A DNA stretch of 49,745 bases, from the IMG/VR virus record IMGVR_UViG_3300027708_000104, positions 1 to 49,745 of that record; one strand, written 5' to 3'. This DNA comes from a virus (taxonomy: Duplodnaviria > Caudoviricetes). A program made the position numbers and the translations under genes. This document shows positions 17,414-26,528 of this stretch, piece by piece. The notes beneath the pieces were generated by a model. The model saw nothing but the letters and a program-made list of their open reading frames with translations, was not told the origin of the DNA and made no database searches. The stretch's first letter is position 1. Every line of letters starts with the position of its first letter.

Positions 17414-19266
17414 AATATTTATCAGTTTGTTCAGGCATAGAAGCGGCTACAGTTGCTTGGCATCCACTAGGTTGGGAGGCGGTAGGTTTTTCGGAAATTG
17501 AAAAATTTCCATCACAAGTCTTAGCACATCATTATCCAAATGTCCCAAATCTTGGTGACATGACTAAATTTAAGGAGTGGAATTTTGAGTCAAATATCGA
17601 TGTTTTCGTTGGAGGAACTCCCTGCCAATCATTCTCAGTCGCAGGTCTCCGAAAGGGATTGGATGACCCTCGTGGCAACCTCATGCTTACCTATCTTGCC
17701 ATTGCTGACAAATTTCGGCCCAGATGGTTGGTCTGGGAGAACGTTCCTGGCGTCTTGTCATCTAACGGAGGAAAAGATTTTGGAACCTTCCTCGGAGGGT
17801 TGGGGGAGCTCGGGTATGGGTTCGCCTACAGGGTTCTTGACGCTCAATACTTCGGAGTGGCCCAAAGACGCAGACGTGTGTTCGTTGTCGGATACCTTGG
17901 AGACTGGAGACGTGCCGCAGCGGTACTTTTTGAGCGCCACAGCTTGTCAGGGAATCCTGCGCCGCGCAGACAAAAGGGGAAAAGTGCTACCGCCAGCGTT
18001 GGAACAGGCATTGAAAGCAGTATCGACTGTGGAGTAGAACTGACTGGTCCATTGTCGGCAAGGGACTACAAAGATGCGGGTACAGATGGCATGAACAAGA
18101 ATTCTGCCAAGATGATTCCCGTGACCAAGGCTTGGCCTGCTGAAATCACATCATCTTTATGCGCGTCTGATGGTCCAAAAGGCGTTTCTGACCAATATGC
18201 CCATGAAGGCAAATTAATTGCAATGGCGCATGGTCAGGGTGGTGCTGAAATTGGAATAGATCGTTGCCCAACATTGACATGTGTACATGAAGCTCCAATT
18301 GCAGCTTATTTTCCAATACAACCTATTGCTTTGGCAGAAAACACCATTGGCAGACAGCCAGAAAACGGTGGCAATGGTGATGGGTTTACTGATGGCGGTC
18401 CAATGTACACGCTAAACGCTACTGGTGTGCATGGTGTGGCGCAACCTATTGCTTTTGCTTTTGATAGTCTTTCTAGCAATAGCATGAAAAGTAAAAATCC
18501 AATTAGTGGCTGTAATCAGGCAGATATTTCTAAATCTTTGGATACCTCAAGAGGTTTAGACCCCAGTTGCAATCAAGGTGGAATGGCTATTGCCCAACCA
18601 ATTGCATACAACATTGCGCCAGGCAAAGGCATATTAAAAGATGATATTCACGTCACCAATGCTGATTCCACAAAAACTTTGGATGCATTTGGAAGCAATC
18701 CTGCGATGCATCAGGGTGGTGCTGCAATATTGCAACCAATCAGTTTTGACATGGCGCAGATAACTAGCAAAGTCAATGGCACAAGGGTAGAACCAGGTCT
18801 TCCTGTCAGCACTTTGGCTAAGGGCAGCCAAATGCACGTTGCCCAATCTATTTTCTTTGAACCAAGATCACCAGATGGCGTGCCAAGAATTTACCCAATG
18901 GATGGTGCAGCTCCTACGCTGAACACGATGGGCGGTGGGCAAAGAGAACCATGCGTTACTCATGCAGTTGGAACAGACTTGTACAACGGGGCAATTACAG
19001 GTGAAGTAGCCGCAACAATGACAAAAAGCATGAGTGGAACAGGAACTGGGCCTACTGCAATGCAAGCAATGGCAGTCAGAAGACTCACACCAGTCGAATG
19101 TGAACGTCTTCAGGGCTTTCCCGACAATTACACCGACATAATGCCAAAAAACAAAGCAACGCCAGATGGTCCCAGATACAAGGCTTTAGGTAACTCAATG
19201 GCTGTGCCTGTGATGGCATGGATTGGTAAACGAATACAAGAAAATGAACTGCTCAATGATAAGTAA
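17410..19266 (+). CDS. C5-cytosine DNA methyltransferase with long modular variable region
   Basis: Motif I (SVCSGIEA), IV (GGTPCQSFS), VI (WENV), VIII (QRRRRVF), IX (RRLTPVECERLQGFP) and X (RYKALGNS). Confidence 0.95.
   Translation: MKYLSVCSGIEAATVAWHPLGWEAVGFSEIEKFPSQVLAHHYPNVPNLGDMTKFKEWNFESNIDVFVGGTPCQSFSVAGLRKGLDDPRGNLMLTYLAIADKFRPRWLVWENVPGVLSSNGGKDFGTFLGGLGELGYGFAYRVLDAQYFGVAQRRRRVFVVGYLGDWRRAAAVLFERHSLSGNPAPRRQKGKSATASVGTGIESSIDCGVELTGPLSARDYKDAGTDGMNKNSAKMIPVTKAWPAEITSSLCASDGPKGVSDQYAHEGKLIAMAHGQGGAEIGIDRCPTLTCVHEAPIAAYFPIQPIALAENTIGRQPENGGNGDGFTDGGPMYTLNATGVHGVAQPIAFAFDSLSSNSMKSKNPISGCNQADISKSLDTSRGLDPSCNQGGMAIAQPIAYNIAPGKGILKDDIHVTNADSTKTLDAFGSNPAMHQGGAAILQPISFDMAQITSKVNGTRVEPGLPVSTLAKGSQMHVAQSIFFEPRSPDGVPRIYPMDGAAPTLNTMGGGQREPCVTHAVGTDLYNGAITGEVAATMTKSMSGTGTGPTAMQAMAVRRLTPVECERLQGFPDNYTDIMPKNKATPDGPRYKALGNSMAVPVMAWIGKRIQENELLNDK
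17585..18037 (+). CDS. Overlapping +1-frame ORF resembling the beta polypeptide of M.EcoHK31I-type MTases
   Basis: 150 codons open inside the MTase gene, with SLSDTLETGDVPQRYFLSATACQGILRRADKRGK. Start uncertain. Confidence 0.65.
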   Translation: MSQISMFSLEELPANHSQSQVSERDWMTLVATSCLPILPLLTNFGPDGWSGRTFLASCHLTEEKILEPSSEGWGSSGMGSPTGFLTLNTSEWPKDADVCSLSDTLETGDVPQRYFLSATACQGILRRADKRGKVLPPALEQALKAVSTVE

Positions 19267-19304
19267 CGGAAATACATATCTAATTATGGTTAAATGATAG
19301 ATCT

Positions 19305-19580
19305 ATGAATAACAGCATGAATGCAAAAGAGAAAGCATATGTGGGCTTGGTAAAGCTCATGCCTTGCTCTGTCTGCGAGGCACCTGCACCAAGCGACGCA
19401 CACCACGTCAAACAGCACAGGCAGTACACAGTTGTTGCCCTTTGCAAGTCCTGCCATCAAGGTAGCAAGATGGGTTGGCATGGTGAAAAGCGCGCTTGGG
19501 CTATTGCAAAGATGGATGAATTAGACGCCCTCAACAAAACAGTTGAAAATGTAATTAATTACATCATGCAAGAAAAATGA
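19305..19580 (+). CDS. Ref-like HNH nuclease
   Basis: CSVC...DAHH...LCKSCHQG...GWHG. Confidence 0.7.
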   Translation: MNNSMNAKEKAYVGLVKLMPCSVCEAPAPSDAHHVKQHRQYTVVALCKSCHQGSKMGWHGEKRAWAIAKMDELDALNKTVENVINYIMQEK

Positions 19581-19671
19581 AAACAAATGGATTCTTAATA
19601 GGTTATTTATATTGATTCTGCAAATTACATAGAAATTATTTTTTACCAAGTCAGAAATACTTCAAATTCTT

Positions 19672-19680
19672 TGTTATAGT
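19672..19680 (+). promoter_or_regulatory. Extended -10 TGTTATAGT
   Basis: In an AT-rich intergenic region upstream of 19727. Confidence 0.6.
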
Positions 19681-19726
19681 TCTTCTACCGCAACAGATAG
19701 CGGGTTTAACTTTCAAAGGAAACATC

Positions 19727-20041
19727 ATGACAGTAGTAGCACATATCCAGACCGAAGCAACAATCGTTTCTTTGGCAAATGACATTGACGCACTTTATGT
19801 GCTCGACCAGCAAGCCAAGGCATTGGCAAAGCAAGTTGAGGCTATGAAAGATGCTATCGCCAACAAGTATGGCGAAGGCGAATTCAAGGGTGAGTTGCAC
19901 TCTGTAACGGTCAAAATGGTTGCCATCAAAGGTACTGTTGACTACAAGAAATTGTGCGTCTCTTATGGCATTCAAGATGATGTACTCGACACTTTCCGCA
20001 AAGAAGGTCGCGCAGATATCCGTGTTACTCCACAAAAGTAA
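19727..20041 (+). CDS. Hypothetical early protein
   Basis: AAAGGA RBS; coiled coil followed by TVDYKKL. Confidence 0.65.
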   Translation: MTVVAHIQTEATIVSLANDIDALYVLDQQAKALAKQVEAMKDAIANKYGEGEFKGELHSVTVKMVAIKGTVDYKKLCVSYGIQDDVLDTFRKEGRADIRVTPQK

Positions 20042-20051
20042 GGATAAAAAA

Positions 20052-20255
20052 ATGATACGCTTTAGCAAAGAAAATTTTCTCAATGCGCTTGAGAATCAAA
20101 TATCCAAAATGGAAGATATGTGGGGTTTTGTCACCACTAACGGTACAAACCAAATCAAAGACAAAACAGATTTTGATCGCGTTATGGCTTATGGCGAGTA
20201 CATCTCATTGTTGGATATTTATGAGTCTGTTAGAGATAACACATTTTTAAACTAG
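20052..20255 (+). CDS. Hypothetical protein
   Basis: TAAGGA RBS; MIRFSKENF start. Confidence 0.6.
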   Translation: MIRFSKENFLNALENQISKMEDMWGFVTTNGTNQIKDKTDFDRVMAYGEYISLLDIYESVRDNTFLN

Positions 20256-20264
20256 AAGCACAAC

Positions 20265-20534
20265 ATGAAACGCGCATTTATCAAAGCATTCAATGAACTC
20301 AAGAAACTGGGTTGCCCAGTGTTCGAGCGTAGCGATTACGAAGGCCGCTTTTTGATCAGCGCTGAGGATCCAGAGTCATACAAGTGGGCTGACTACTACG
20401 CCTACGCTGATGGCCGCTGGAAGGGCGAGAACCACACAGTTTTTATCAGCCCTAAGCTGGAAGCTGTGCTCAAGAAGCATGGCCTGTACTGCGAGTGGGA
20501 AAACGCAGGTTGTTTAATTGTTTTTGAGGCTTAA
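20265..20534 (+). CDS. Hypothetical early protein
   Basis: FLISAE...WADYY...LKKHGLYCEWENAG. Confidence 0.65.
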   Translation: MKRAFIKAFNELKKLGCPVFERSDYEGRFLISAEDPESYKWADYYAYADGRWKGENHTVFISPKLEAVLKKHGLYCEWENAGCLIVFEA

Positions 20535-20587
20535 CATGAAAAACGTAACCATATCAAAACGCAACATCAAAGCAAAGGAGGAAACCC

Positions 20588-20752
20588 ATGCTTAACATCA
20601 CCACAAAAACTTTTCCACGCAACGTAGAAAAGAATCCTGTAATCGAGGGACCGTTCCACAAGAAGCCTTCAGAGTTTGGAGTCTTGATGGCCATCATTTT
20701 TGTGGCCGCGGTAATTGCCATCATTTTTGACCTATTTATCTGGAGGCCGTAA
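20588..20752 (+). CDS. Small membrane protein (54 aa, ends DLFIWRP), not in ORF track
   Basis: AAGGAGG RBS; TAATG coupling to the next gene. Confidence 0.65.
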   Translation: MLNITTKTFPRNVEKNPVIEGPFHKKPSEFGVLMAIIFVAAVIAIIFDLFIWRP

Positions 20753-21000
20753 TGAAAGAGATGAGCCAACTACAACGCCAATTACTTGGCCAAGAGCATG
20801 TCAAGCTCTTTACCCAACAAGAGTTTGACGATGCTTTGGCTATAGCCAAGGCGGAAATTATGACTGTAGCAATAGAGACAACAAAACGCGCCATCATGAT
20901 TGAGCGTGAAGAGTGCGCCAAACTAGCTGACGAATGCGTGGACATCGAGAAGCTAGGTGAGGCTATCCGCAACCGTATACCAAGCCAGAGGTTCCAATGA
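20752..21000 (+). CDS. Hypothetical protein (EREECAKL motif)
   Basis: Coupled start and stop. Confidence 0.65.
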   Translation: MKEMSQLQRQLLGQEHVKLFTQQEFDDALAIAKAEIMTVAIETTKRAIMIEREECAKLADECVDIEKLGEAIRNRIPSQRFQ

Positions 21001-21233
21001 CACCTGAAGAAGAATTTAGCGCTACAGAGGCGCAAAGCGCGGTTAGACAAGAGGCTATTAAAGAGCTTGAGCGCAAACAACAAGAGCAAGTTGAAGCTGA
21101 AGCTGAAATGGTGGTAGCAGTAAACACATCAAAAATGGTGATCCAGCACCTGCGCTTAGAGCTGGCAACAATGATTGACTTAGTCAAGATGCTTTCAGAT
21201 CAACTCAGGTCTTTGGAGGGTCGTAATGATTGA
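20997..21233 (+). CDS. Hypothetical coiled-coil protein
   Basis: ATGA overlap. Confidence 0.55.
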   Translation: MTPEEEFSATEAQSAVRQEAIKELERKQQEQVEAEAEMVVAVNTSKMVIQHLRLELATMIDLVKMLSDQLRSLEGRND

Positions 21234-21594
21234 CTTTGTTAGCACAAGGGAAGACACAAATGCTGAGATAAAGCAGTATTGTGAGCTACTCGCCGCTGTA
21301 ATAGCACAAGCCTTGCGGGATTTATGTGTTAAGCCTATGGTTATAGAGCTAGAAAAGGCCAAGAATATTGACAGACATGCCGTCAAGTCACTGATCTTCT
21401 TTTTCAGCCCCAAATCGCCCTTTAAAGTCTATGCAACCATGATTGGCTTGAGTCCTAAAGAATTCACAGATGCCATGATGAACCGAAAGTATGATGGCTC
21501 CCTCAAAAATCCTTATCTGAGCTATAGCCAAATAAAGTCTATGCAAACCAGAATAAAGTGGTGGAATTCAATTCCAGAGAGCAATTTACTATGA
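21226..21594 (+). CDS. Hypothetical protein (LLAAVIAQALRD motif)
   Basis: GGAGG RBS; contains palindrome copy 2. Confidence 0.6.
   Translation: MIDFVSTREDTNAEIKQYCELLAAVIAQALRDLCVKPMVIELEKAKNIDRHAVKSLIFFFSPKSPFKVYATMIGLSPKEFTDAMMNRKYDGSLKNPYLSYSQIKSMQTRIKWWNSIPESNLL
21561..21577. repeat. Palindrome copy 2 (GTGGAATTCAATTCCAG, one mismatch)
   Basis: Read directly. Confidence 0.8.
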
Positions 21595-21833
21595 AGATCA
21601 GACGCAAAAAGAATAGAAACCTAGACGAGGCTTATGTGGAGTACCAAAGGGCGCAAATAGCTATGGATGAGTATGACGCATACGAAAAGATAGCTTGGGC
21701 CAGCCAAAGAAACCCATTTGAGAGCTGGGATTACTATCTGCACACCCTACCTGAACGCACTGTCATAACCCAGCGCTTTGTGAATGCCCGAAAGAACTAT
21801 TTCGACATGAAGGGTAAAAGAGAAACCCTATAA
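21591..21833 (+). CDS. Hypothetical protein
   Basis: ATGA overlap (MKIRRKKN). Confidence 0.55.
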   Translation: MKIRRKKNRNLDEAYVEYQRAQIAMDEYDAYEKIAWASQRNPFESWDYYLHTLPERTVITQRFVNARKNYFDMKGKRETL

Positions 21834-21845
21834 ATTAGTCGGGCT

Positions 21846-21872
21846 TTGACATTTCTAATTTTCTGTTATAGT
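21846..21872 (+). promoter_or_regulatory. Sigma70-type promoter
   Basis: TTGACA at 21846 and TGTTATAGT at 21864. Confidence 0.65.
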
Positions 21873-21912
21873 TATCACCACTGCAATGTCGCAGGTTTAT
21901 AAGGAGCATAGT

Positions 21913-22113
21913 ATGGAAACGAAAGAAGATTTAGATGTATGTATCAATGGTGCCGAGTACAACAACCGTTTGTACTTGAGCGTGTTTGGTGATGATGAGT
22001 TATGGATAAGCATGAGTGTGCCAAATGCACGCGCAAACATGACTATCAAAAAAGAACAGGCAAAAGACATGATTGCCGCGCTCATTCGACTAGTTGACCA
22101 CTTGGAAGAATAA
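21913..22113 (+). CDS. Hypothetical protein
   Basis: METKEDL start after TAAGGAG RBS. Confidence 0.6.
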   Translation: METKEDLDVCINGAEYNNRLYLSVFGDDELWISMSVPNARANMTIKKEQAKDMIAALIRLVDHLEE

Positions 22114-22301
22114 TGAAGTACACACTAGAATTTGAAGAAAAGGATGAAGCATTAAGAGCTTTATTGGCTCAAGATGCTTGGAACTCTCTTTGGGAGATCA
22201 ATCAATACATTAGGTCACACATCAAGCATGATGTACCTGCTGATCAGACAATTGCATGTATCAAAGATGAGCTTCAGCATATTCTGAAATACATAGATTA
22301 A
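22113..22301 (+). CDS. Hypothetical protein
   Basis: TAATG coupling; MKYTLEF...LWEINQYIRSHIKH. Confidence 0.6.
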   Translation: MKYTLEFEEKDEALRALLAQDAWNSLWEINQYIRSHIKHDVPADQTIACIKDELQHILKYID

Positions 22302-22329
22302 AAAAAAACAGGGCTTTGTAAGCCCTGTT
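22301..22329 (-). terminator. Terminator between convergent units
   Basis: AACAGGGCT-ttgta-AGCCCTGTT with an A-run on the left, i.e. a U-tail on the minus strand. Confidence 0.8.
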
Positions 22330-22353
22330 CTCATATGAAGCGTTTATAGAGTT

Positions 22354-22578
22354 TTACTCTACTTCTTCTTCATCTTCTTCGTCTTCTTCGTCGAAGTCAT
22401 AGTCTTCATCTTCGTCTTCTTCTTCGTTGATGAAAATTTCATAATCTGCCTCCCAGCCATTTTCGTCTTGCAACTCAATGAACTCTTGCAGGATAGAAAC
22501 TTTCTCAAAATTGGAAGTCTCGATGATTACTTTGTCATCGCTAAACAAGCCACCTAAACTGATTTCTACACGATACAT
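22354..22578 (-). CDS. Small very acidic protein
   Basis: AGGAG RBS; D/E-rich tail. Confidence 0.65.
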   Translation of the reverse strand: MYRVEISLGGLFSDDKVIIETSNFEKVSILQEFIELQDENGWEADYEIFINEEEDEDEDYDFDEEDEEDEEEVE

Positions 22579-22587
22579 TTTTAACTC

Positions 22588-23550
22588 CTAAACAGTGATG
22601 ATTTTTCCTCTGAACTCAACCTGATTGTCTCCCCAGACATGAACCAACTCAGGCCAGAGTAGTTTGCCATCGAAAAATGTCAAAATTGCGAAACCTGATC
22701 GGTGGTTGACTGGGTTGTCTTCGCCGTAAGCCATTTGTGGGCCATACGGCTCTGCAAGTGTACCTGTATCTACACCAAATCGGTTGCCGCTATAGTCAGA
22801 GTAAGGCGTTACTTTTAAACTATGAAGATGACCTGTAACTATAGTTTTACCTGCGCCAACAGTATTGTTGTGCGTGGCATGGATTCCACCCTTGTATCTG
22901 TGCTTAATAACCACATCGGGGGTAGGCCAACAGGTCATACAAAATTCCCAATTTGGGAAATGGTCTTCCAATTTGAACCCATAGGTTTGTGCAAACTGTG
23001 GCGCATTGGCCGCTAAACGGGCGTTAAACCGCGCATCATGGTTTCCCCATGTATAGACTAGTCTGACATTGTGACGGGCTTCCTTGGCGGTTTCCTCGAT
23101 CTCCCCAAGGGCGGCTTGGCAGGCTTTTAGTTCCTCAATCAATGTAGGTTCTTTGGGGCCGATGCCTGCTGGAGGGTGGCGTGAAATGGTGGCGCCATCA
23201 AGCGCATCCCCATTATTTATGACGGCAACAGGTTTGAGTTCTTTAATCGCCCACAAAAGACCTTCAAATGCTGTGGTGCGGATGCCAGGCCAGAAGTGCG
23301 CATCACTAAAAACTATAACTGTGCCGTTTAATATACCTAGTTGTTTGCGCTCATAGGCTGATTGTGGTCTTTCAGGTCTGCCATGAGCATTCTTGGCTTC
23401 TAATAACAGACCATATTTTGTCTCTAAATTGGCTCTACGCCTCTGAAGGGTTCTTATATTACCCCCTATCAATTTATGTATAGCGGTGGCAGATTGATGT
23501 GTTTTCCACAACTCAATAAACTCAGCATCAGAAATATTGGGGGTTGTCAT
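22588..23550 (-). CDS. Calcineurin-like metallophosphoesterase with N-terminal HTH-like region
   Basis: SDAH, NNGD, GNHD and GHLH motifs. GGAG RBS before MTTPNISD. Confidence 0.85.
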   Translation of the reverse strand: MTTPNISDAEFIELWKTHQSATAIHKLIGGNIRTLQRRRANLETKYGLLLEAKNAHGRPERPQSAYERKQLGILNGTVIVFSDAHFWPGIRTTAFEGLLWAIKELKPVAVINNGDALDGATISRHPPAGIGPKEPTLIEELKACQAALGEIEETAKEARHNVRLVYTWGNHDARFNARLAANAPQFAQTYGFKLEDHFPNWEFCMTCWPTPDVVIKHRYKGGIHATHNNTVGAGKTIVTGHLHSLKVTPYSDYSGNRFGVDTGTLAEPYGPQMAYGEDNPVNHRSGFAILTFFDGKLLWPELVHVWGDNQVEFRGKIITV

Positions 23551-23552
23551 CA

Positions 23553-23975
23553 CTACTCCAGTTTTAATCGCCAGTAACTTGTGTTTTTTGCCATCCAAGG
23601 CTTAGTTGGATTAAACATTTTGAAACCACACGAGATGAGAGAATTTGCAGAGGCTGGGTTATCGTAAGTACTTGTTATTACCCAGTTCATTTTGAGAGCT
23701 TTTGCTTGTCGGATGCGCACCCGAATAAACTTTTTCTGTAAGCCTTGTCCACGAAAATCAGGTACAACGCCACAGCGTACAAGATAACCGCAATCAGACC
23801 AGCGAGAAGAATAAACAAGACCTGCGAAGCCACAATCCACCCCATTCTCAGTAGCAATCCACCAATATCCATTAGTTGTGTCATAAGGTTTATCAAATGG
23901 TAGGCATTTCTTTTGAAGTACCGACAATCTCGCCTGAACAGAGGGATGCCTTGTGTTTACGCGACTAATCTTCAT
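23553..23975 (-). CDS. GNAT acetyltransferase
   Basis: GVVPDFRGQGLQ acetyl-CoA motif and NPASANSLISCGF. Confidence 0.85.
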   Translation of the reverse strand: MKISRVNTRHPSVQARLSVLQKKCLPFDKPYDTTNGYWWIATENGVDCGFAGLVYSSRWSDCGYLVRCGVVPDFRGQGLQKKFIRVRIRQAKALKMNWVITSTYDNPASANSLISCGFKMFNPTKPWMAKNTSYWRLKLE

Positions 23976-24054
23976 ATGATTATTAGAACCCAACAATATG
24001 CTATTTTAATGACAGATACAATTGTTTTCAATACTATCTGATGTATAAACTATG

Positions 24055-24063
24055 TGTTATAGT
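24055..24063 (+). promoter_or_regulatory. Extended -10 TGTTATAGT
   Basis: Upstream of the AAGGAG RBS of 24102. Confidence 0.6.
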
Positions 24064-24101
24064 AACTATCGTTAATCAATTTCTTTAACAAGGAGAAAGA
24101 A

Positions 24102-24392
24102 ATGGTAGCGAATTTACTGAAAGTGGGCGCGGCGACAAAGAAGATTGTTCCCAAGCGTCCGCCCGCGGCGATCATGATGCCAAAGGCGTCTGAACAAAAG
24201 ATGTACAAACCAAAACTCAATGACGATGAAGAGTATGCAATGAGCTACGAAGTCAAAGAGTGGATAGACAATGCACATAGTAAGCTGACTTATTATGTGA
24301 ACAGGGTGCAGGCGCTAGAGGAGGAGATCAGGAGCCTGCGCCACAACAACAAAATCATGGAACAGCGCGTCATGGGGATGAGCTTTGAATAG
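24102..24392 (+). CDS. Hypothetical coiled-coil protein
   Basis: Strong RBS. Confidence 0.6.
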   Translation: MVANLLKVGAATKKIVPKRPPAAIMMPKASEQKMYKPKLNDDEEYAMSYEVKEWIDNAHSKLTYYVNRVQALEEEIRSLRHNNKIMEQRVMGMSFE

Positions 24393-24570
24393 CTTAGACA
24401 GATACGAACAGCTACAAAGCCTACTAATGGCGCATGAGAACACATCGCTTTGTTACGACAAAAGAACAAAGATGTGGCTGATAATTTTCCGCGATGGAAT
24501 ACAAGAGACAATGATAGTAGAGAGAAGCTTAGAGAATCTGATAAAGATTTTGCTACACTGTGATGTATAA
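24385..24570 (+). CDS. Hypothetical protein
   Basis: TTG start overlapping the previous gene. Confidence 0.35.
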   Translation: MNSLDRYEQLQSLLMAHENTSLCYDKRTKMWLIIFRDGIQETMIVERSLENLIKILLHCDV

Positions 24571-24674
24571 GCGCTGAGACAATGCGCGACAAAGGACTGA
24601 AATTATGACCGACACAATTATGTTAGCAATCACTAACAAAGACAATAAACAATTAAGAAATATTGGTGACAGAG

Positions 24675-25013
24675 ATGACAACCAATAAGAAGGGTGCTGG
24701 AAGACCACTAGGAAGCCCGAATAAGGCTACTGCGGATGCTCGGCAGGCTATAGCCTCATTTGTGGATGGAAACGCTCACAGGCTCACTGAGTGGCTTGAT
24801 GCTGTAGCGAAGGGTGATCCTAATAACGATATAAAGCCTAATCCAGCGAAGGCATTTGATATGTTCCAGTCGGTGGTGGAGTATCACATTCCAAAGCTGG
24901 CGAGGATGGAGCACTCAGGTAGCGATACTAACCCTGTGGTGATTGAGCACAACATAGATATATTTGGCGAGTTGCTCAAGAACATCAAGATGAAGCGCCA
25001 GAGTGGTGAATGA
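24675..25013 (+). CDS. terS: Terminase small subunit
   Basis: GAGRPLGSPNKAT N-terminus and YHIPKLARMEHSG; directly upstream of TerL. Confidence 0.75.
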   Translation: MTTNKKGAGRPLGSPNKATADARQAIASFVDGNAHRLTEWLDAVAKGDPNNDIKPNPAKAFDMFQSVVEYHIPKLARMEHSGSDTNPVVIEHNIDIFGELLKNIKMKRQSGE

Positions 25014-26440
25014 GTGTTCTAGAGGAAATACTAGAGGATCCATCACTTAAGGATGAATTCAGTCGCAAGACTCCGATTGAGCAGATAGTAATCAATTGGC
25101 AGTTGAAGTGGCTGGAGTTGCAGGCGCATGATCATCAGATTGAGCCTGCGGGGGATTGGTGGAACATATGGCTGATGCTTGCGGGGCGCGGTGCTGGTAA
25201 GACGCGTGCGGCGGCGGAGACACTAGCATACTGGGCATGGAGCCAACCCAATACCAGATGGCTTGTATCAGCACCTACCAGCGGTGATGTGAAGGGTACC
25301 TGCTTTGAGGGTGACTCAGGACTTCTTAGTGTAATCCCGAAGGAGCTGATAGCGGATTACAACAAAGCGCTTCATGAGATTAGGTTGATCAATGGCTCAT
25401 TCATCAAGGGGATACCTGCGAGTGAGCCAGAGCGCTTTCGCGGTCCGCAATTCCACGGCGGGTGGCTCGATGAGCTTGCGGCTTGGGAGTACCTCCAAGA
25501 GTCATGGGACATGATCCAGTTTGGTATCCGATTGGGAACACGCACTAAGCTGATCTGCTCGACTACGCCAAAGCCCAAGGATGTGGTGCTTGACTTGATC
25601 GCTCGTGAGAGTGACGATGTGGTGATCACCCGCGCCAGCACATACAGCAACATCAAAAATCTGGCGCCATCATTCCAGAAGCAGATCTTGCAGTATGAGG
25701 GAACTAAGCTCGGACGCCAAGAGATCCATGCGGAGATCATCGACCCAGAGGAGGGCGGTATCGTCAAGCGCGACTGGTTCAGGCTCTGGCCAGACGACAA
25801 GCCCTTCCCTAAGTTCGAGTACATCATCCAGTCTTATGACTGTGGATACAAAGACGGCAAAGAGAATGATCCGACTGGATGCATTACCTTGGGCGCGTTC
25901 AAGCCACTAGATGGCGGTATGTGTGTGATGGTGATTGACTGCTGGCAAGATAAGCTGACATATCCTGACCTGCGCCCCAAGATCATTGATGAGTATGAGA
26001 CTGTATATGGCGAGGGAAAAGAGAAGAAGCGGGTTGATCTGTTACTGGTAGAGGACAAAGCCGCGGGCATCAGCTTGATACAAGATCTGCAAAGAGCCAA
26101 CTTGCCCGTGATTGGGTACAACCCAGGTCGTGCCGACAAGACTCAGCGCCTGTCAATTGTTGCCAACATCATCCGCGCAGGTCGGGTGTGGGTACCAGAG
26201 TCAGGCGTGAGAAAGGGATTCGTGCGCGACTGGGCTGAAGGCATGGTGTCGCAGATCTGCTCATTCCCTGAGACGGCGCATGATGAGTTTGTGGATTGCA
26301 TCAGCCAAGGATTGCGCTACCTGCGCGATGCAGGCTGGATATCAATTGATGCCCCACCAAGAGATGACTATGACGAAGAGGATTACATCGACGCTGAAGG
26401 ATTCAACAACATCAAGAAGGGTAATCCTTATGCGATGTAA
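25010..26440 (+). CDS. terL: Terminase large subunit
   Basis: AGRGAGKT Walker A, WLDE Walker B, STTPK, nuclease residues QSYD...HDEFVD. Confidence 0.95.
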   Translation: MSVLEEILEDPSLKDEFSRKTPIEQIVINWQLKWLELQAHDHQIEPAGDWWNIWLMLAGRGAGKTRAAAETLAYWAWSQPNTRWLVSAPTSGDVKGTCFEGDSGLLSVIPKELIADYNKALHEIRLINGSFIKGIPASEPERFRGPQFHGGWLDELAAWEYLQESWDMIQFGIRLGTRTKLICSTTPKPKDVVLDLIARESDDVVITRASTYSNIKNLAPSFQKQILQYEGTKLGRQEIHAEIIDPEEGGIVKRDWFRLWPDDKPFPKFEYIIQSYDCGYKDGKENDPTGCITLGAFKPLDGGMCVMVIDCWQDKLTYPDLRPKIIDEYETVYGEGKEKKRVDLLLVEDKAAGISLIQDLQRANLPVIGYNPGRADKTQRLSIVANIIRAGRVWVPESGVRKGFVRDWAEGMVSQICSFPETAHDEFVDCISQGLRYLRDAGWISIDAPPRDDYDEEDYIDAEGFNNIKKGNPYAM

Positions 26441-26451
26441 GTTATGTGTAA

Positions 26452-26468
26452 GTGGAATTCAATTCCAC
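26452..26468. repeat. Palindrome copy 3 (GTGGAATTCAATTCCAC)
   Basis: Intergenic, just after terL. Confidence 0.9.
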
Positions 26469-26528
26469 CCCATAGACTTAAAACTAAGCAAGTGGCATAA
26501 TCCAGCGATCTCAACATAAGGTATTAAT

